The position numbers were made by a program, and so were the translations under genes. 64,000 bases of DNA from an uncultured Gammaproteobacteria bacterium. Its GTDB lineage: Bacteria > Pseudomonadota > Gammaproteobacteria > CAWCPV01. The DNA lies in assembly GCA_963797555.1 (NCBI GenBank), contig CAWCPV010000017.1, positions 64,001 to 128,000 on the forward strand, given 5' to 3'. Of this stretch, positions 10,931 through 20,725 are shown one piece after another (the first letter of the stretch is position 1; each line of letters starts with the position of its first letter). The notes below the pieces were generated by a model. That model saw only the letters and a program-made list of their open reading frames with translations, searched no databases and was not told where the DNA came from.

Positions 10931-12235
10931 TTATGCATCAGCCCCGACCATCACCAGCGACTGCGAGTCTTCGCTCCAGCGGAACCGGGCGCCGATCACC
11001 TTCTGCTGCTGGGTAGCCTTGTCCCGGATTTGGATGCCGCTCAGGACGATGTCCTGGCCGTCCGGGGTCGCCGTCGCGCCGGAAAAGTCGAACTGGTCCA
11101 GGTAGCTGAAGCCCCCGGGCCTCACGACCGTGATGTCGTTCGCGAGCTGCATCTGGCCCCCCATGGAATCCTGCATCCCGACGCTCAGCCTGTGAAAGCC
11201 GGCGCTCAGCTCGCCATAGTTGAACGTCATCCCCCAGCCGCTGCTCTCGGCGTTTGGATAAGTCGGATGGGCTTGCCCGACATCGGGGCGCTCCGAGCCG
11301 TAGGGAATGGTGCCCATCGGAGTCCCATCGACGGTCAACTGAACCCCGGTGACGGAAGCACCGGACTGGGTGGTGAAGGTCCACCCGCGGAGGATACCGA
11401 CGCCGGCGGCCGGCTCGTTCGCGGCCGGGCTCTCGAAGTAGCCCACCATGCCGCCCATGCAGCCTGGGCAGCCGCCCGGGCCCCCGAAGCCCGGCCCTCC
11501 GAACATAGGCTGAGCCCGCGCCTCGGGCACGCTCCCGGCCAGCCACCCGAACACCGCAGACGGCAACCCGGTGAGCCAGGAGCGGGTGGCCAGCGCCAGA
11601 GAGCGCAGGGACGAATTGGCCGCCACCATCTGCGTCCCCACCATCCCCAGGGACTGGGAGTTGTTGAACCACTGGAAGCTCGCGTCGATCACGCGCTCCT
11701 GCTGGGTGTCCTTGTCACGCACCGTCACACCGTGCAGCGTCAGCTCGTTGCCAGCGATGCTCGCGGACGCATTGGAGGGATCGAACTTGTCGAGGAAGCT
11801 GAAGTCGCCGGGCCTGACCACCGTCACCGTGCGGGGTTCGGTCGAGACGACCTCCCCGGTGCTGCTCTGGAGATCGACGCGAACGGAATGGGGTCCGGGA
11901 GCGAGATTCCCCCAGTTGAAGGTGAGCCCCCAGCCGCTGGTCTGGGCGTTCGAATACATCGGATAGGCTTGGCCGATGTCGGGGCGGGTCGAGCCGTAGG
12001 GGATGTCTGCCTGAAGCACGCCATCCACGAAAAACGCAACACTGTTTATCTGGCTACCGGGTTGGGTGTCGAAAGTCCAACCTCGAACGATGCCGATGCC
12101 GGAGACGGGCTGGCCGTTATCCGGACCCTCGAAATTAAAGGACATACTCGCCCACGCCGAGCCAGGCAAAAGACTTGGCAGGCAGACAGATGCAACCAGC
12201 AAGGCAGCAAAACTAAAACGCGATCGCGATGTCAC
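10931..12235 (-). CDS. Secreted protein with two ~170-aa tandem beta-rich repeats and a CxxC/Met linker
   Basis: Signal peptide ending AWA; the repeated unit RGWTF..IPYGS.RPD.GQA.P..SGWG.TFN..VVRPG.FS.LD.FD..SQSL.MVG occurs twice. Confidence 0.8.
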   Translation of the reverse strand: MTSRSRFSFAALLVASVCLPSLLPGSAWASMSFNFEGPDNGQPVSGIGIVRGWTFDTQPGSQINSVAFFVDGVLQADIPYGSTRPDIGQAYPMYSNAQTSGWGLTFNWGNLAPGPHSVRVDLQSSTGEVVSTEPRTVTVVRPGDFSFLDKFDPSNASASIAGNELTLHGVTVRDKDTQQERVIDASFQWFNNSQSLGMVGTQMVAANSSLRSLALATRSWLTGLPSAVFGWLAGSVPEARAQPMFGGPGFGGPGGCPGCMGGMVGYFESPAANEPAAGVGILRGWTFTTQSGASVTGVQLTVDGTPMGTIPYGSERPDVGQAHPTYPNAESSGWGMTFNYGELSAGFHRLSVGMQDSMGGQMQLANDITVVRPGGFSYLDQFDFSGATATPDGQDIVLSGIQIRDKATQQQKVIGARFRWSEDSQSLVMVGADA

Positions 12236-12870
12236 GTGATGGTCCTCCGTGGGAATTGCACCAGCATCCGACGACTCCTCAAGGCCCTTGTCGCCTCAGG
12301 CGGGGCCCTGTCGAGTCTTGTGGTTGCCGCAAGTAAGCTCATGCATACAAGAAATCGAAAGTCCGCTTGGAACGGATTGCATCCGGGCTTGAACCTTCCC
12401 AAGCCGCGGCCGCCCGGACTCCGAGAATGGAGCTGGATCAGCCCATCGCTCGCTGCGGTCTTCATTTCTGATCCACACGAATGTGTGGCTAGAGGGTTAG
12501 ACCACGTTCCATCCGCTCGAAGGTCGCACCGGCGCCGTCCGAGGGGTCCGCTGGGCAAGTGCTTGCAAAAATCGCGGTCGTGGAAGTCGGGTGCGTACCG
12601 GTCACGGCTGTTGGACAGCTATTGATGGGAAAGATTCCTTACTGAGGTCGATTCAGGCGGCCAGCGCCAAGGTCTTGAGCACACCGGCTGGGCCCGCCTC
12701 TGCCAGCCCCACCGGTGCACCCACCCACTGGTGCTCAGGCGTGCTCGAGATCGAGGCTGACAGAGGACCCTCGGCCTACGCGTCGGCTCAGTGTGGGCCG
12801 CGATTAGTGCCTGGACCCAGCGGAAGGTGGCTCGAATGCCCCGAACATCTCGTTTGGGGCCGGGGAAGGC

Positions 12871-13251
12871 TCACTGACCCCGCCCCATTCCCCCTCCGGG
12901 CCCCATCATGCCGCCCCCCGGGCCCATCATCCCTCCGGCTCCCGGGCCCATCATGCCGCCGGCCGGGGGCACTTCGGGCAGGGTCACTCCCATCTGCTTG
13001 GCCCGTTCCTGCATCTGCTTGTGATGCTCGAGGCGAAGGGCGTCACGTTCCTCCTGCGTTTTCACGCTGCGCATCTTGGCTTGGTATTCGGCGCGCTCCG
13101 CCGGAGTCATGAGCTGGCTTCCGTAGATGGGTTGCTGCTGCGCGGCCTGCTCCGTCGGGGTCCCGGCGCTCGGCTGAGCAGGCAAGGCGGGATAGAAGCC
13201 CATCGTCAGTACACCGGCGACGGCTGAGGCGATAACGAGTTGCTTGGACAT
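12871..13251 (-). CDS. Small periplasmic protein with a C-terminal GGMMGP repeat tail
   Basis: Signal peptide, IYGSQLMTPAERAEYQAKMR..EHHKQMQERA, three GGMMGP units; CAGGAG RBS. Confidence 0.75.
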   Translation of the reverse strand: MSKQLVIASAVAGVLTMGFYPALPAQPSAGTPTEQAAQQQPIYGSQLMTPAERAEYQAKMRSVKTQEERDALRLEHHKQMQERAKQMGVTLPEVPPAGGMMGPGAGGMMGPGGGMMGPGGGMGRGQ

Positions 13252-13456
13252 GATGATCTCCTGTAAAGGCTGGTGGGGCTGCAATCCGGCGCATGGGCCG
13301 ACTGCAGACGTTGACGGCGGCACAGGCTGTATCCATGCCACCAAAGGCTCATCGGAAAGCGGACCTCTCACCGCAGAGGAGACGTTCTGCGGGGCCAATC
13401 CATCCCAGGCTCTCTGGTGAAACAACGCGCGACCCTGGCTCGGCACTGCGTCTGCT

Positions 13457-13972
13457 CTAATGGTGCGGGACCACTGCGGGCCAGCCCGTAGGCGGCTTCC
13501 AGTCCTTCACCACCTTGTCGGCACTCGGTTTGTGGCGCTGGAGCTGGAGCGCCGTCATGCCGTCGTGTCTCCCGTTTTCGTTGTAGAGAACGTCAATCAC
13601 CACCCCCTCGTGGTCGAACTCGAGCGTGTAGCTGCGCTCGCCGTAGCTGGGGTGTGTCTCGTAGACGCTCTTCTCTTCGCCGCTCGGCTCCCGGTAGGTG
13701 TGCTCCTGACGCCGCTCGCCGACCTCGTACGTCCACCCCACCAAGCCGTTGGGAAGGATCACCACCCGGTCTGGCATTCCATGACGCACGAAGGCGGCCT
13801 GCTTGGTGATGACCCCCAAGGGGTAGTCCTGGAGTGGCTCCAGCCGATCGACGTCGGTGGAAAATCCTGGGGGAACGGGCAAAGTAGGATGCGAGGGCTG
13901 GGCAGGAGCCGTGCTCGGCCATGGGGAGCCGAAAATCAGTACGGACAACAGGAATTGGACTTCGCGTCTCAT
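13457..13972 (-). CDS. Secreted hypothetical protein
   Basis: GGAGGAG RBS, signal-like N-terminus, co-oriented within the operon. Confidence 0.65.
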   Translation of the reverse strand: MRREVQFLLSVLIFGSPWPSTAPAQPSHPTLPVPPGFSTDVDRLEPLQDYPLGVITKQAAFVRHGMPDRVVILPNGLVGWTYEVGERRQEHTYREPSGEEKSVYETHPSYGERSYTLEFDHEGVVIDVLYNENGRHDGMTALQLQRHKPSADKVVKDWKPPTGWPAVVPHH

Positions 13973-14036
13973 GCGGACTCCTCCTTTTTGGCATTGGACC
14001 GGAACTCGGCCCGAATGGTGGCGACACGCAATTGCG

Positions 14037-14870
14037 TCACGGCCGGTCAGCCAGCGCCCCGTCGTTGAGGGCCCAATCATGCTCGAAGAACTGCGTCTTC
14101 ACGGGGTTCTGCTGCAGCCACTCCCTGAGGTCGGGCTTCAGATATGGCAGGATGAACCCGAGGACCCCTCCGCCTCCCTCCGGGAACAGGTCCCGGTCCT
14201 GCTGAAAAATCCAGGAAAGCGTCAGGGTCCGGGAGGCCTTGTCGAGCCGCATGCCCTTGGTGGGATTGGCGAGGAACGCCCGGATCAATGCGTCGAGCTG
14301 CTCGTCGAGGCGCGAGGCGGTAAACGCCGCGGCGGTGCGGTCCGGACAGCTCACGGCGGCGCAGCTCACGGCAAACACGATGCGGGGGTCACCGTACCGC
14401 TCCAGCAGGATGTCCTTCTCGATCTCGCGCAAGGTGTAATCCTTCCCGTGGATGCGGACCGCGTCCTTGGACCATGGATACTTGAGCAGGCTGATCTTCA
14501 GGCTGCGAATCGAGTCCACCGGATAGTGGTCCACCACCAGCCGCATCGCGCCGAGATTGTATGCATTGATCCAGAACGCCTTGGCGGCGTTCGCACCCGG
14601 CAGATCGGCCAAGTCGGTGCGCTCCAAGGCGGCGACCGTTTGGCGAAACAGAGAACTCCCGGCCTGTGCGTCCCTGGCCATCTGGCCATAGTCGAAGACC
14701 GTCGTGCGAATGCCATGGATGGTGACCGCTGGCCGCCAGTACCGCTGGAGCATTTCGCCGTAGAGGCGCTCGAAATCGCCCGCCGGCCCGGCGAGGGCGT
14801 GCCCGCCGACCAGGCAGCTCAGGCCGACCAGAGCCGGGCCTGGCCATATCCGAAGTCGCTCAGCGATCAC
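14037..14870 (-). CDS. DUF547-domain protein (start approximate)
   Basis: AFWINAYN and DPRIVFAVSCAAVSCP..DWALN, the DUF547 signature. Confidence 0.85.
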   Translation of the reverse strand: MIAERLRIWPGPALVGLSCLVGGHALAGPAGDFERLYGEMLQRYWRPAVTIHGIRTTVFDYGQMARDAQAGSSLFRQTVAALERTDLADLPGANAAKAFWINAYNLGAMRLVVDHYPVDSIRSLKISLLKYPWSKDAVRIHGKDYTLREIEKDILLERYGDPRIVFAVSCAAVSCPDRTAAAFTASRLDEQLDALIRAFLANPTKGMRLDKASRTLTLSWIFQQDRDLFPEGGGGVLGFILPYLKPDLREWLQQNPVKTQFFEHDWALNDGALADRP

Positions 14871-14935
14871 TCCCAATCTATTCGCTCCCCGCCCGAGCCC
14901 GCTTCCGCCGCGGGCATGCGATGATGTGCACGCCT

Positions 14936-15190
14936 CTACGCCCGCGCCGCGAACAGGTTGTACAGCGGCACCCAGATGAGCGCGAAGTACCACCCGTAGG
15001 CATAGCTCTCCACCAGCCCGAGCAGGAAGCTCTTCCAGCTCAGCCACACGAACCCCGGCAACAGCCTCTGCCATGCCTCGAACATGGCGTGCTGCGGGAA
15101 GAGCAGGTCGAAGCCCACACAGAGCACGAAAGTGACGGCGAGGAACAGACCAGTGGCCTGGCCCACCGCCACGAGCGATACGCGTCTCAT
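14936..15190 (-). CDS. DUF5676-like small membrane protein
   Basis: FVLCVGFDLLFP..W..LLPGF.WLSW.SFLLGLVES..YGWY. Confidence 0.75.
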   Translation of the reverse strand: MRRVSLVAVGQATGLFLAVTFVLCVGFDLLFPQHAMFEAWQRLLPGFVWLSWKSFLLGLVESYAYGWYFALIWVPLYNLFAARA

Positions 15191-15475
15191 GTTGTCCCTC
15201 CTGGCCGACCGAGGTATGTCTCGGGCTCGGCCTCGAACTTGTCCGGATAGCCTCTGGAGCAGAGGCGGTAGCGATGGCCCTCGTGCATCTTCGTGTACCC
15301 CTGGTCTGAGGCGACCTCCATGCCGCAAACGGGATCTACGTCGGGCTGAGGGCGGCCCCGGTCACGGGCGCCGGCATGGTCGTCCCGTCCATGCACCAGG
15401 TGCGTCCCGCACCCGAAGCGTATCGTCAGGTGAAAAGAGACCCGCGAACGGCAAGAGCGAGAGCAAACCCTCCAA
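15187..15475 (-). pseudogene. YHS-domain protein with an N-terminal TM helix; frameshifted or degenerate
   Basis: LEGLLSLL.FAGLF (frameshift) RFGCGTHLVHG..DPVCGMEV..YRLCSRGY, where the second Cys is lost. Confidence 0.7.
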
Positions 15476-15515
15476 GGGCCGCCTCCGCGAGTGGCTCTCG
15501 AAACCTCATACAAAC

Positions 15516-15547
15516 AGCTTACAGCCTGTGTGCCGCGCACAGGTCAA
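15516..15547 (-). promoter_or_regulatory. MerR-type promoter/operator P1
   Basis: TTGACC-N20-TAAGCT with the dyad CCTGTG-N7-CACAGG. Confidence 0.75.
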
Positions 15548-15584
15548 GCCCGGCCCGCGTGGACCGGGCCTGCCATCCGGCTTG

Positions 15585-15831
15585 CTACTTCACGGTCTCC
15601 TGCATCAGCTTGTGCTCCTGAATCATCTGCTGCAGCAGACCTTCCATCAGCTCCCATGAGGCGCCCCCGCTCCGCGGCCTTGGCGGTCTCCGCCTGCTGT
15701 AGCACTGCCTGGGCTTCCCGGGACTTCTGCTCCGCCATCTGCAGCAGGGGGTCGCGTCCGGCCCAGGCCGGTGACGACAGAGTCATGGCAGCAGCCAACA
15801 GTCCACTCACAGCAACGATGGGCTTCTTCAC
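15585..15831 (-). pseudogene. Small secreted helical Met-rich protein, frameshifted or internally deleted
   Basis: Signal peptide ending AWA and CAAGGAG RBS. After RGRLM, an alternative frame gives ELMEGLLQQMIQEHKLMQETVK*. Confidence 0.55.
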
Positions 15832-15962
15832 GACATGCTCTCCTTGGTTGAAACGCGGCGACGATGGCTACGCACCGAGGGTGCGCGCCTTTCCCTTGCT
15901 CCGCTCGTCGAGGTCGCGCCGCCTTCCCTCGAGAGTCTTCCGACGGTATCGGCCGAGATTCT

Positions 15963-16619
15963 CTACTCGCCCCCCCGCCGAGATGTCAGACGAGGGAAGA
16001 ACGGCGGCACGCGCCGCGCGTAACGCACGTACACCTCGCCGAACTGCGCCCCCATCTCGTGTTCCTCGCGCCGCGCCAGGCGCACGTACATATAGGTGAG
16101 CACCGGAAACATCGCGAGCGTCAGCAGGGTCGGCCACTGCACGAGAAACCCGACCATGATGAGCACGAAGGCGGCGTATTGCGGATGGCGGAGGCGCGCG
16201 TACGGCCCGCTCGTGGCTGGCGCGTGCGCACGCTGCGCGGCGTAGAGCACCTTCCAGCTCGATGCGAGCAGCCAGAAACCGCCGCCGATGAGAGCGTAAC
16301 TCAGGAGGTGAAACGGGCCGAAGTGAGGGTGCGTTTTCCAGCCGAACAGCATCTCCAACAGATGCCCAGAATCGTGTGCGAACCAGTCTACACCGGGATA
16401 GTGGCTCTGTAGCCAGCCCGACAGCAGATAGATGGTAAGCGGGAAGCCGTACATCTCGGTGAACAGCGCCACGATGAAGGCCGAAAACGCGCCGAAGGAT
16501 CGCCAGTCGCGCGGTGTGCTCGGGCGGGTGAAGCTGAAGGCAAAGATAAGGAACACCAGGGAGTTGAGAATTACCAACGACCACAGGCCGTATGCAGGCG
16601 CAGTGGTCGACGGACTCAT
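15963..16619 (-). CDS. Isoprenylcysteine carboxylmethyltransferase-family membrane protein, typical of Cu islands
   Basis: ALFTEMYGFPLTIY, SGPYARLRHPQY and RREE. Confidence 0.88.
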   Translation of the reverse strand: MSPSTTAPAYGLWSLVILNSLVFLIFAFSFTRPSTPRDWRSFGAFSAFIVALFTEMYGFPLTIYLLSGWLQSHYPGVDWFAHDSGHLLEMLFGWKTHPHFGPFHLLSYALIGGGFWLLASSWKVLYAAQRAHAPATSGPYARLRHPQYAAFVLIMVGFLVQWPTLLTLAMFPVLTYMYVRLARREEHEMGAQFGEVYVRYARRVPPFFPRLTSRRGGE

Positions 16620-16828
16620 GGCTTGTCTCCCTTCTCCGCGCCCTGATCATGCCCACCGTGGCCGAAAAAATGGAGCAGCGGGCACAGGGCCAGCAGCACG
16701 AACGGCAGCGCCCCGAGCACGTGCGCCTGATGTTCCGTGAACAGGAAAAACCCGGCGATGGCGAGGAAGCCGGCGAACGTCAGGCCGATTCTCGCGCCGC
16801 CGTGTCCCGTTCCCCGCCGGTGATCCAT
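16616..16828 (-). CDS. DUF2933-domain membrane protein
   Basis: FFLFTEHQAHVLGALPFVLLALCPLLHFFGHGGH; AGGAG RBS. Confidence 0.8.
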   Translation of the reverse strand: MDHRRGTGHGGARIGLTFAGFLAIAGFFLFTEHQAHVLGALPFVLLALCPLLHFFGHGGHDQGAEKGDKP

Positions 16829-16883
16829 GCGTCTGCTCCTTTGCCTTGTTCCGGTCGCCCCATGGTCGCGGCGTTCGGCGTCC

Positions 16884-17123
16884 TCAACTTTCGAGATCCT
16901 TTTTCCTGCGTTCGAACTCATCCTTGTCGATCTCTCCGCGGGCGTACCGCTCGTCGAGAATTTGCCGCGGCGTCTTGTCCGCGCCGCGACCGGCGCCGTC
17001 GGCCGCGCGCGCCAGCCAGCGCGCCGCCGCGACAACGATCACGAGGATGACACCCCAATAGAGGACCATGTGGAGCAGTCCTCCGCCCCAACCCGAGCCA
17101 TAACCACCCATGCCGCCCCACAT
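16884..17123 (-). CDS. SHOCT-domain small membrane protein
   Basis: TM helix followed by ILDERYARGEIDKDEFERRKKDL. Confidence 0.88.
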   Translation of the reverse strand: MWGGMGGYGSGWGGGLLHMVLYWGVILVIVVAAARWLARAADGAGRGADKTPRQILDERYARGEIDKDEFERRKKDLES

Positions 17124-17142
17124 GTCACACCTCCGTATATGG

Positions 17143-19257
17143 CTAGACCCGCGCCGGCGCGCCGGCGCGCCCCAGCAGCTTGGCGTTGATCGCGACGATC
17201 ACGGTGCTGAGGGACATGAGCGCCGCCCCCATCGCCGGGGACAGCACCAGGCCGGCGCTGTAGGCCACCCCGGCGGCGAGCGGGATGGCGACCACGTTGT
17301 AGCCGGTCGCCCACAGCAGGTTCTGCACCATCTTGCCGTAGGTGGCCCGCGACAGCGCCAGGATGGCCGCCACATCGCGCGGGTCGCTGCGCACCAGTAC
17401 GATGTCGGCGGACTCGATGGCCACATCGGTGCCAGCCCCGATGGCGATCCCGAGGTCCGACTCGACCAGCGCCGGCGCGTCGTTCACGCCGTCGCCGACC
17501 ATCGCGACCGTCAAACCTCGGCCCTTCACCTCCTTGATCTTCTCGGCCTTCTGATGCGGCAGCACCTCCGCGAAGTAGTCGTCCAGCCCCAGATCTCCCG
17601 CCACGGTGCGCGCCACGGCCCGGGCGTCCCCGGTCAGGATCATGCACTGGATGCCCATACGCTTGAGCTGGGCGATGGCTGCGTGGGATTCCTTGCGCAC
17701 GATGTCCGCGAGCGCGATGGTGCCGATCACTTCGTCGTCCTGCATGACATAGACCACCGTCTTGCCTTGCTCGGCGAGCCGCTCGATGCGGTCGTCCCGA
17801 GGCGCCAGCCCCACCGATTTCAGGAAGCCGGGGCTGACGACCTTCACAGCCCTGCCGTCCACTGTGGCCTCGGCGCCCTGACCGGTGAGGTTGCGGAAGT
17901 CGCGCACCTCACCGACGGCGAGCCCGCGCTCCTTGGCCGCGGCGACGATTCCCGTCGCGATCGGGTGCTCCGACTGGCTCTCAAGAGCGGCCGCCAGGCG
18001 CAAGACTTCGTCCTCGGGCAGCCCGCCGAGCGGGAGCACCTCGGTCACGCCGAAGCGCCCCTCGGTCAGCGTGCCGGTCTTGTCGAAGACGATGGCCTGA
18101 AGGTTGCGCGCGCGCTCGAACGCCGCGCGGTCGCGGATCAGCAGCCCGTTGCGTGCCGAGAGGCTGGTGCTCACGGCGACTACCAGCGGCACCGCGAGCC
18201 CCAACGCATGGGGGCAGGTGATGACCATCACCGTGACCATGCGCTCCAGCGCGAACTCGAAGGCCTTCCCGAGGGAAAGCCAGGTGAGCAGCGTCACGCC
18301 GCCCGATGACAGGGCGATGTAGGTGAGCCACTGGGCGGCGCGGTTGGCGAGGTCCTGGGTGCGCGAGCGGGTCGCCTGGGCCTGGCGCACCATCTCGATC
18401 ACCTGGGAGAGATAGGTGGCCTCCCCGGTCTTGCGGATCTCCAGCGTGATGGCTCCCTCGCCGTTCACGGAGCCACCGATGGCTTCCTGACCCTCACCCT
18501 TCTCGACCGGCTTGGACTCGCCGGTCAGCATCGATTCGTTGAGGGTGGTACGGCCCTGGGTGATCACCCCGTCCGTGGGCACCTTTTCCCCCGGCTTGAC
18601 CAGCACCCGGTCACCCGGTTTCAGGTCGGCCGCCGACACCTCGTCCGTGCTCCCGTCCTGCCGCAGCCGGTGGGCCGTGGAAGGGAGCAGCCTGACCAGC
18701 GCCTCCAGCGCCCCGGACGCCCCGAGCACCGACTTCATCTCGATCCAGTGCCCGAGCAGCATCACGTCGATCAGCGTGGCCAGCTCCCAGAAGAACACCT
18801 TGCCAGCGAGCCCGAACACCACGGCGGCCGAGTACAGATAGGCGACACTGACGGCGAGCGCGATGAGCGTCATCATGCCCGGCGAGCGCTTGCGCAGCTC
18901 ATCGGCAAGACCCTTCAGGAACGGCCAGCCGCCGTAGAAGTAGACACCGCTCGCGAGCGCGAAGAGCACATAGAGATTGCCCGGGAACGCGAGCGCCTGC
19001 TTGAGCCCGAGGAAGCGCTGGATCATCGGCGACAGCGCGAGGATGGGCACCGTCAGGGCCAGCGACACCCAGAACCGCCGTCGGAAGTCGGCGATCATTC
19101 CCGCGTGGTCGTGCGCGCCGTGCTCATGTCCCGCGTGCGCCCCGTGGGCCGGTTGCGCGTGCATGGCGGCCGACGGCCCACGGGACCCACTCATGGGGTG
19201 GGTGCGAGACTCGCGGCCGTGTTCGGTCGTGGCTGGATGGCGCTCGCCCATGGTCAA
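17143..19257 (-). CDS. copB: Copper-translocating P1B-3 ATPase (CopB type)
   Basis: His-rich N-terminus; TGES, CPHALGL, DKTGT, SEHP, GDGVNDAPAL, GYN and MSLST. Confidence 0.92.
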   Translation of the reverse strand: MTMGERHPATTEHGRESRTHPMSGSRGPSAAMHAQPAHGAHAGHEHGAHDHAGMIADFRRRFWVSLALTVPILALSPMIQRFLGLKQALAFPGNLYVLFALASGVYFYGGWPFLKGLADELRKRSPGMMTLIALAVSVAYLYSAAVVFGLAGKVFFWELATLIDVMLLGHWIEMKSVLGASGALEALVRLLPSTAHRLRQDGSTDEVSAADLKPGDRVLVKPGEKVPTDGVITQGRTTLNESMLTGESKPVEKGEGQEAIGGSVNGEGAITLEIRKTGEATYLSQVIEMVRQAQATRSRTQDLANRAAQWLTYIALSSGGVTLLTWLSLGKAFEFALERMVTVMVITCPHALGLAVPLVVAVSTSLSARNGLLIRDRAAFERARNLQAIVFDKTGTLTEGRFGVTEVLPLGGLPEDEVLRLAAALESQSEHPIATGIVAAAKERGLAVGEVRDFRNLTGQGAEATVDGRAVKVVSPGFLKSVGLAPRDDRIERLAEQGKTVVYVMQDDEVIGTIALADIVRKESHAAIAQLKRMGIQCMILTGDARAVARTVAGDLGLDDYFAEVLPHQKAEKIKEVKGRGLTVAMVGDGVNDAPALVESDLGIAIGAGTDVAIESADIVLVRSDPRDVAAILALSRATYGKMVQNLLWATGYNVVAIPLAAGVAYSAGLVLSPAMGAALMSLSTVIVAINAKLLGRAGAPARV

Positions 19258-19343
19258 GCCCTCCGTTCTTCCGCGCCTGCAGTGGAATAGATGCGCAGAA
19301 TGCTGGCCTCGGCCCTTACCTGTTGGGCAGGCCGAGATTGTGA

Positions 19344-19375
19344 ATGCTACAACCTGTGCGTCGCGCTCAGGTCAA
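19344..19375 (-). promoter_or_regulatory. MerR-type promoter/operator P2, upstream of copB
   Basis: TTGACC-N20-TAGCAT with the dyad ACCTG-N11-CAGGT; the -35 element contains the merR1 stop codon. Confidence 0.78.
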
Positions 19376-19779
19376 GGCTCTGCGGTAGACTCGATCAGCT
19401 CGCAGACCCTATCGCCGTCAGGGACGCCGTCGGGCATCGTGTGCCATTTTGCGAGCGCTCGCTCCATGCGGTGCTGGAGTGCATTCAGCTCTTCGAGCCG
19501 TCGACCATTCTCGCCGATACGCCGCTCGATGATCTGTCGCACCCGGGGACACGGGGACCTGCCCTGCTCCGCGTCGTGCAGGATTTCGCCGATCTCTTGG
19601 AGCGTGTATCCGAGATTCTTGGCGAGACGGATGAAATGCAGCCGGCTGATGTCGGTCTGCGTGAATATGCGGTATCCGTTGGATTTTTCGCGCGCGGGTC
19701 GGAGCAGGCCGACGCGCGTGTAGTACCGGACCACATGGGCCGGAACCCCGCTGCGCCGAACGACCTCGGTGACCTTCAT
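19372..19779 (-). CDS. MerR-family metal-responsive regulator (MerR1)
   Basis: HTH GVPAHVVRYY..NGYRIF; Cys in SPCPRV and in the C-terminal PDGDRVCELIE. Confidence 0.9.
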   Translation of the reverse strand: MKVTEVVRRSGVPAHVVRYYTRVGLLRPAREKSNGYRIFTQTDISRLHFIRLAKNLGYTLQEIGEILHDAEQGRSPCPRVRQIIERRIGENGRRLEELNALQHRMERALAKWHTMPDGVPDGDRVCELIESTAEP

Positions 19780-19840
19780 GGTGCCTCGGACTCACCACGA
19801 GCCTGGCCCCGGCTCGGTGCCGGGACCAGGACCTGCTGCC

Positions 19841-20563
19841 TCACTGGGTGGAAGCAGCCGCCTCCTGCTGCATGAGCTGGCCAAGCAGCTCCTGCACCGT
19901 GTTCAAGCGCTGCTCCAGCGCGTCCACCCGTTCGGTGAGCGCCTCGACGCTCTGCTTCATCATCATGTGCTTCATCATAGCCATCATGGGCATCATCTCA
20001 GAGCCGCCCATCATGCCCTTTTCCTCGCCAGCCATACCCATCTTCGGGCACTGCTCCATCGTGCCGCCTGGCTTGCCCCCCATCATGCCCATCATCCCTG
20101 CCTTCTGACCGCCCATCATTCCCTTGCCGCCCATCATCCCCATCATGCCTCCTTGCCGGTCGCCCATCATCCCCATCATGCCGGGACCTCCCATCATGCC
20201 TCCGCCGGCAGTCGCCGTCGGGCGGGCCTCCATCATGCCTTGCAGCATGGACATCAGGTCGTGCATGGCCTGCATGTGCTCGGCGAGCAGCTTCCGGCGT
20301 TCGGCCGGGTCCTTGGTGGTCTGCAAAGACTGCATTTGCTGGCGCATCTTCTGGCGCAGCTCTTGGAGGGGAGAGAGGGTCTGCGCCGCGCTCCCCTGAG
20401 GCTGCGTCACCGCGGGCTGCGCCATCGCAGCCTGAGCAGCCGGGGTCGCCGCTCCCTCGGGATGGTGCGCCTCGTGCCCCTCTTCCTGGGCGACGACGGC
20501 AGGAGATAGCAGAGATCCGCCCATCAGGACGCATGCAACGGTTATCGCACTGTAACGGTTCAT
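19841..20563 (-). CDS. Very Met-rich periplasmic protein
   Basis: Signal peptide, HEAHHP, KDPAERRKLLAEHMQAM and repeated GMMG units; GAGGAG RBS. Confidence 0.8.
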   Translation of the reverse strand: MNRYSAITVACVLMGGSLLSPAVVAQEEGHEAHHPEGAATPAAQAAMAQPAVTQPQGSAAQTLSPLQELRQKMRQQMQSLQTTKDPAERRKLLAEHMQAMHDLMSMLQGMMEARPTATAGGGMMGGPGMMGMMGDRQGGMMGMMGGKGMMGGQKAGMMGMMGGKPGGTMEQCPKMGMAGEEKGMMGGSEMMPMMAMMKHMMMKQSVEALTERVDALEQRLNTVQELLGQLMQQEAAASTQ

Positions 20564-20725
20564 GTCGACTCCTCGTAGCAGTGAGTGAATGGAGATCCAA
20601 TGACCCGGAGCCCGACCGCTCCGGCCGCGCAGGCCGCGAGGCCAAACCCCGGCCAAGTGCGGCACCGGACCGGGCTTCCCTTTGAGGGGAACGCCGGCAC
20701 ACCCGGCGCCCTCCGACCCGACCCC

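Noticed and set aside
12880-12965. Short tandem repeats as a CRISPR array or VNTR
   Set aside because: They encode GGMMGP. There is no repeat-spacer structure and no cas gene in the window.
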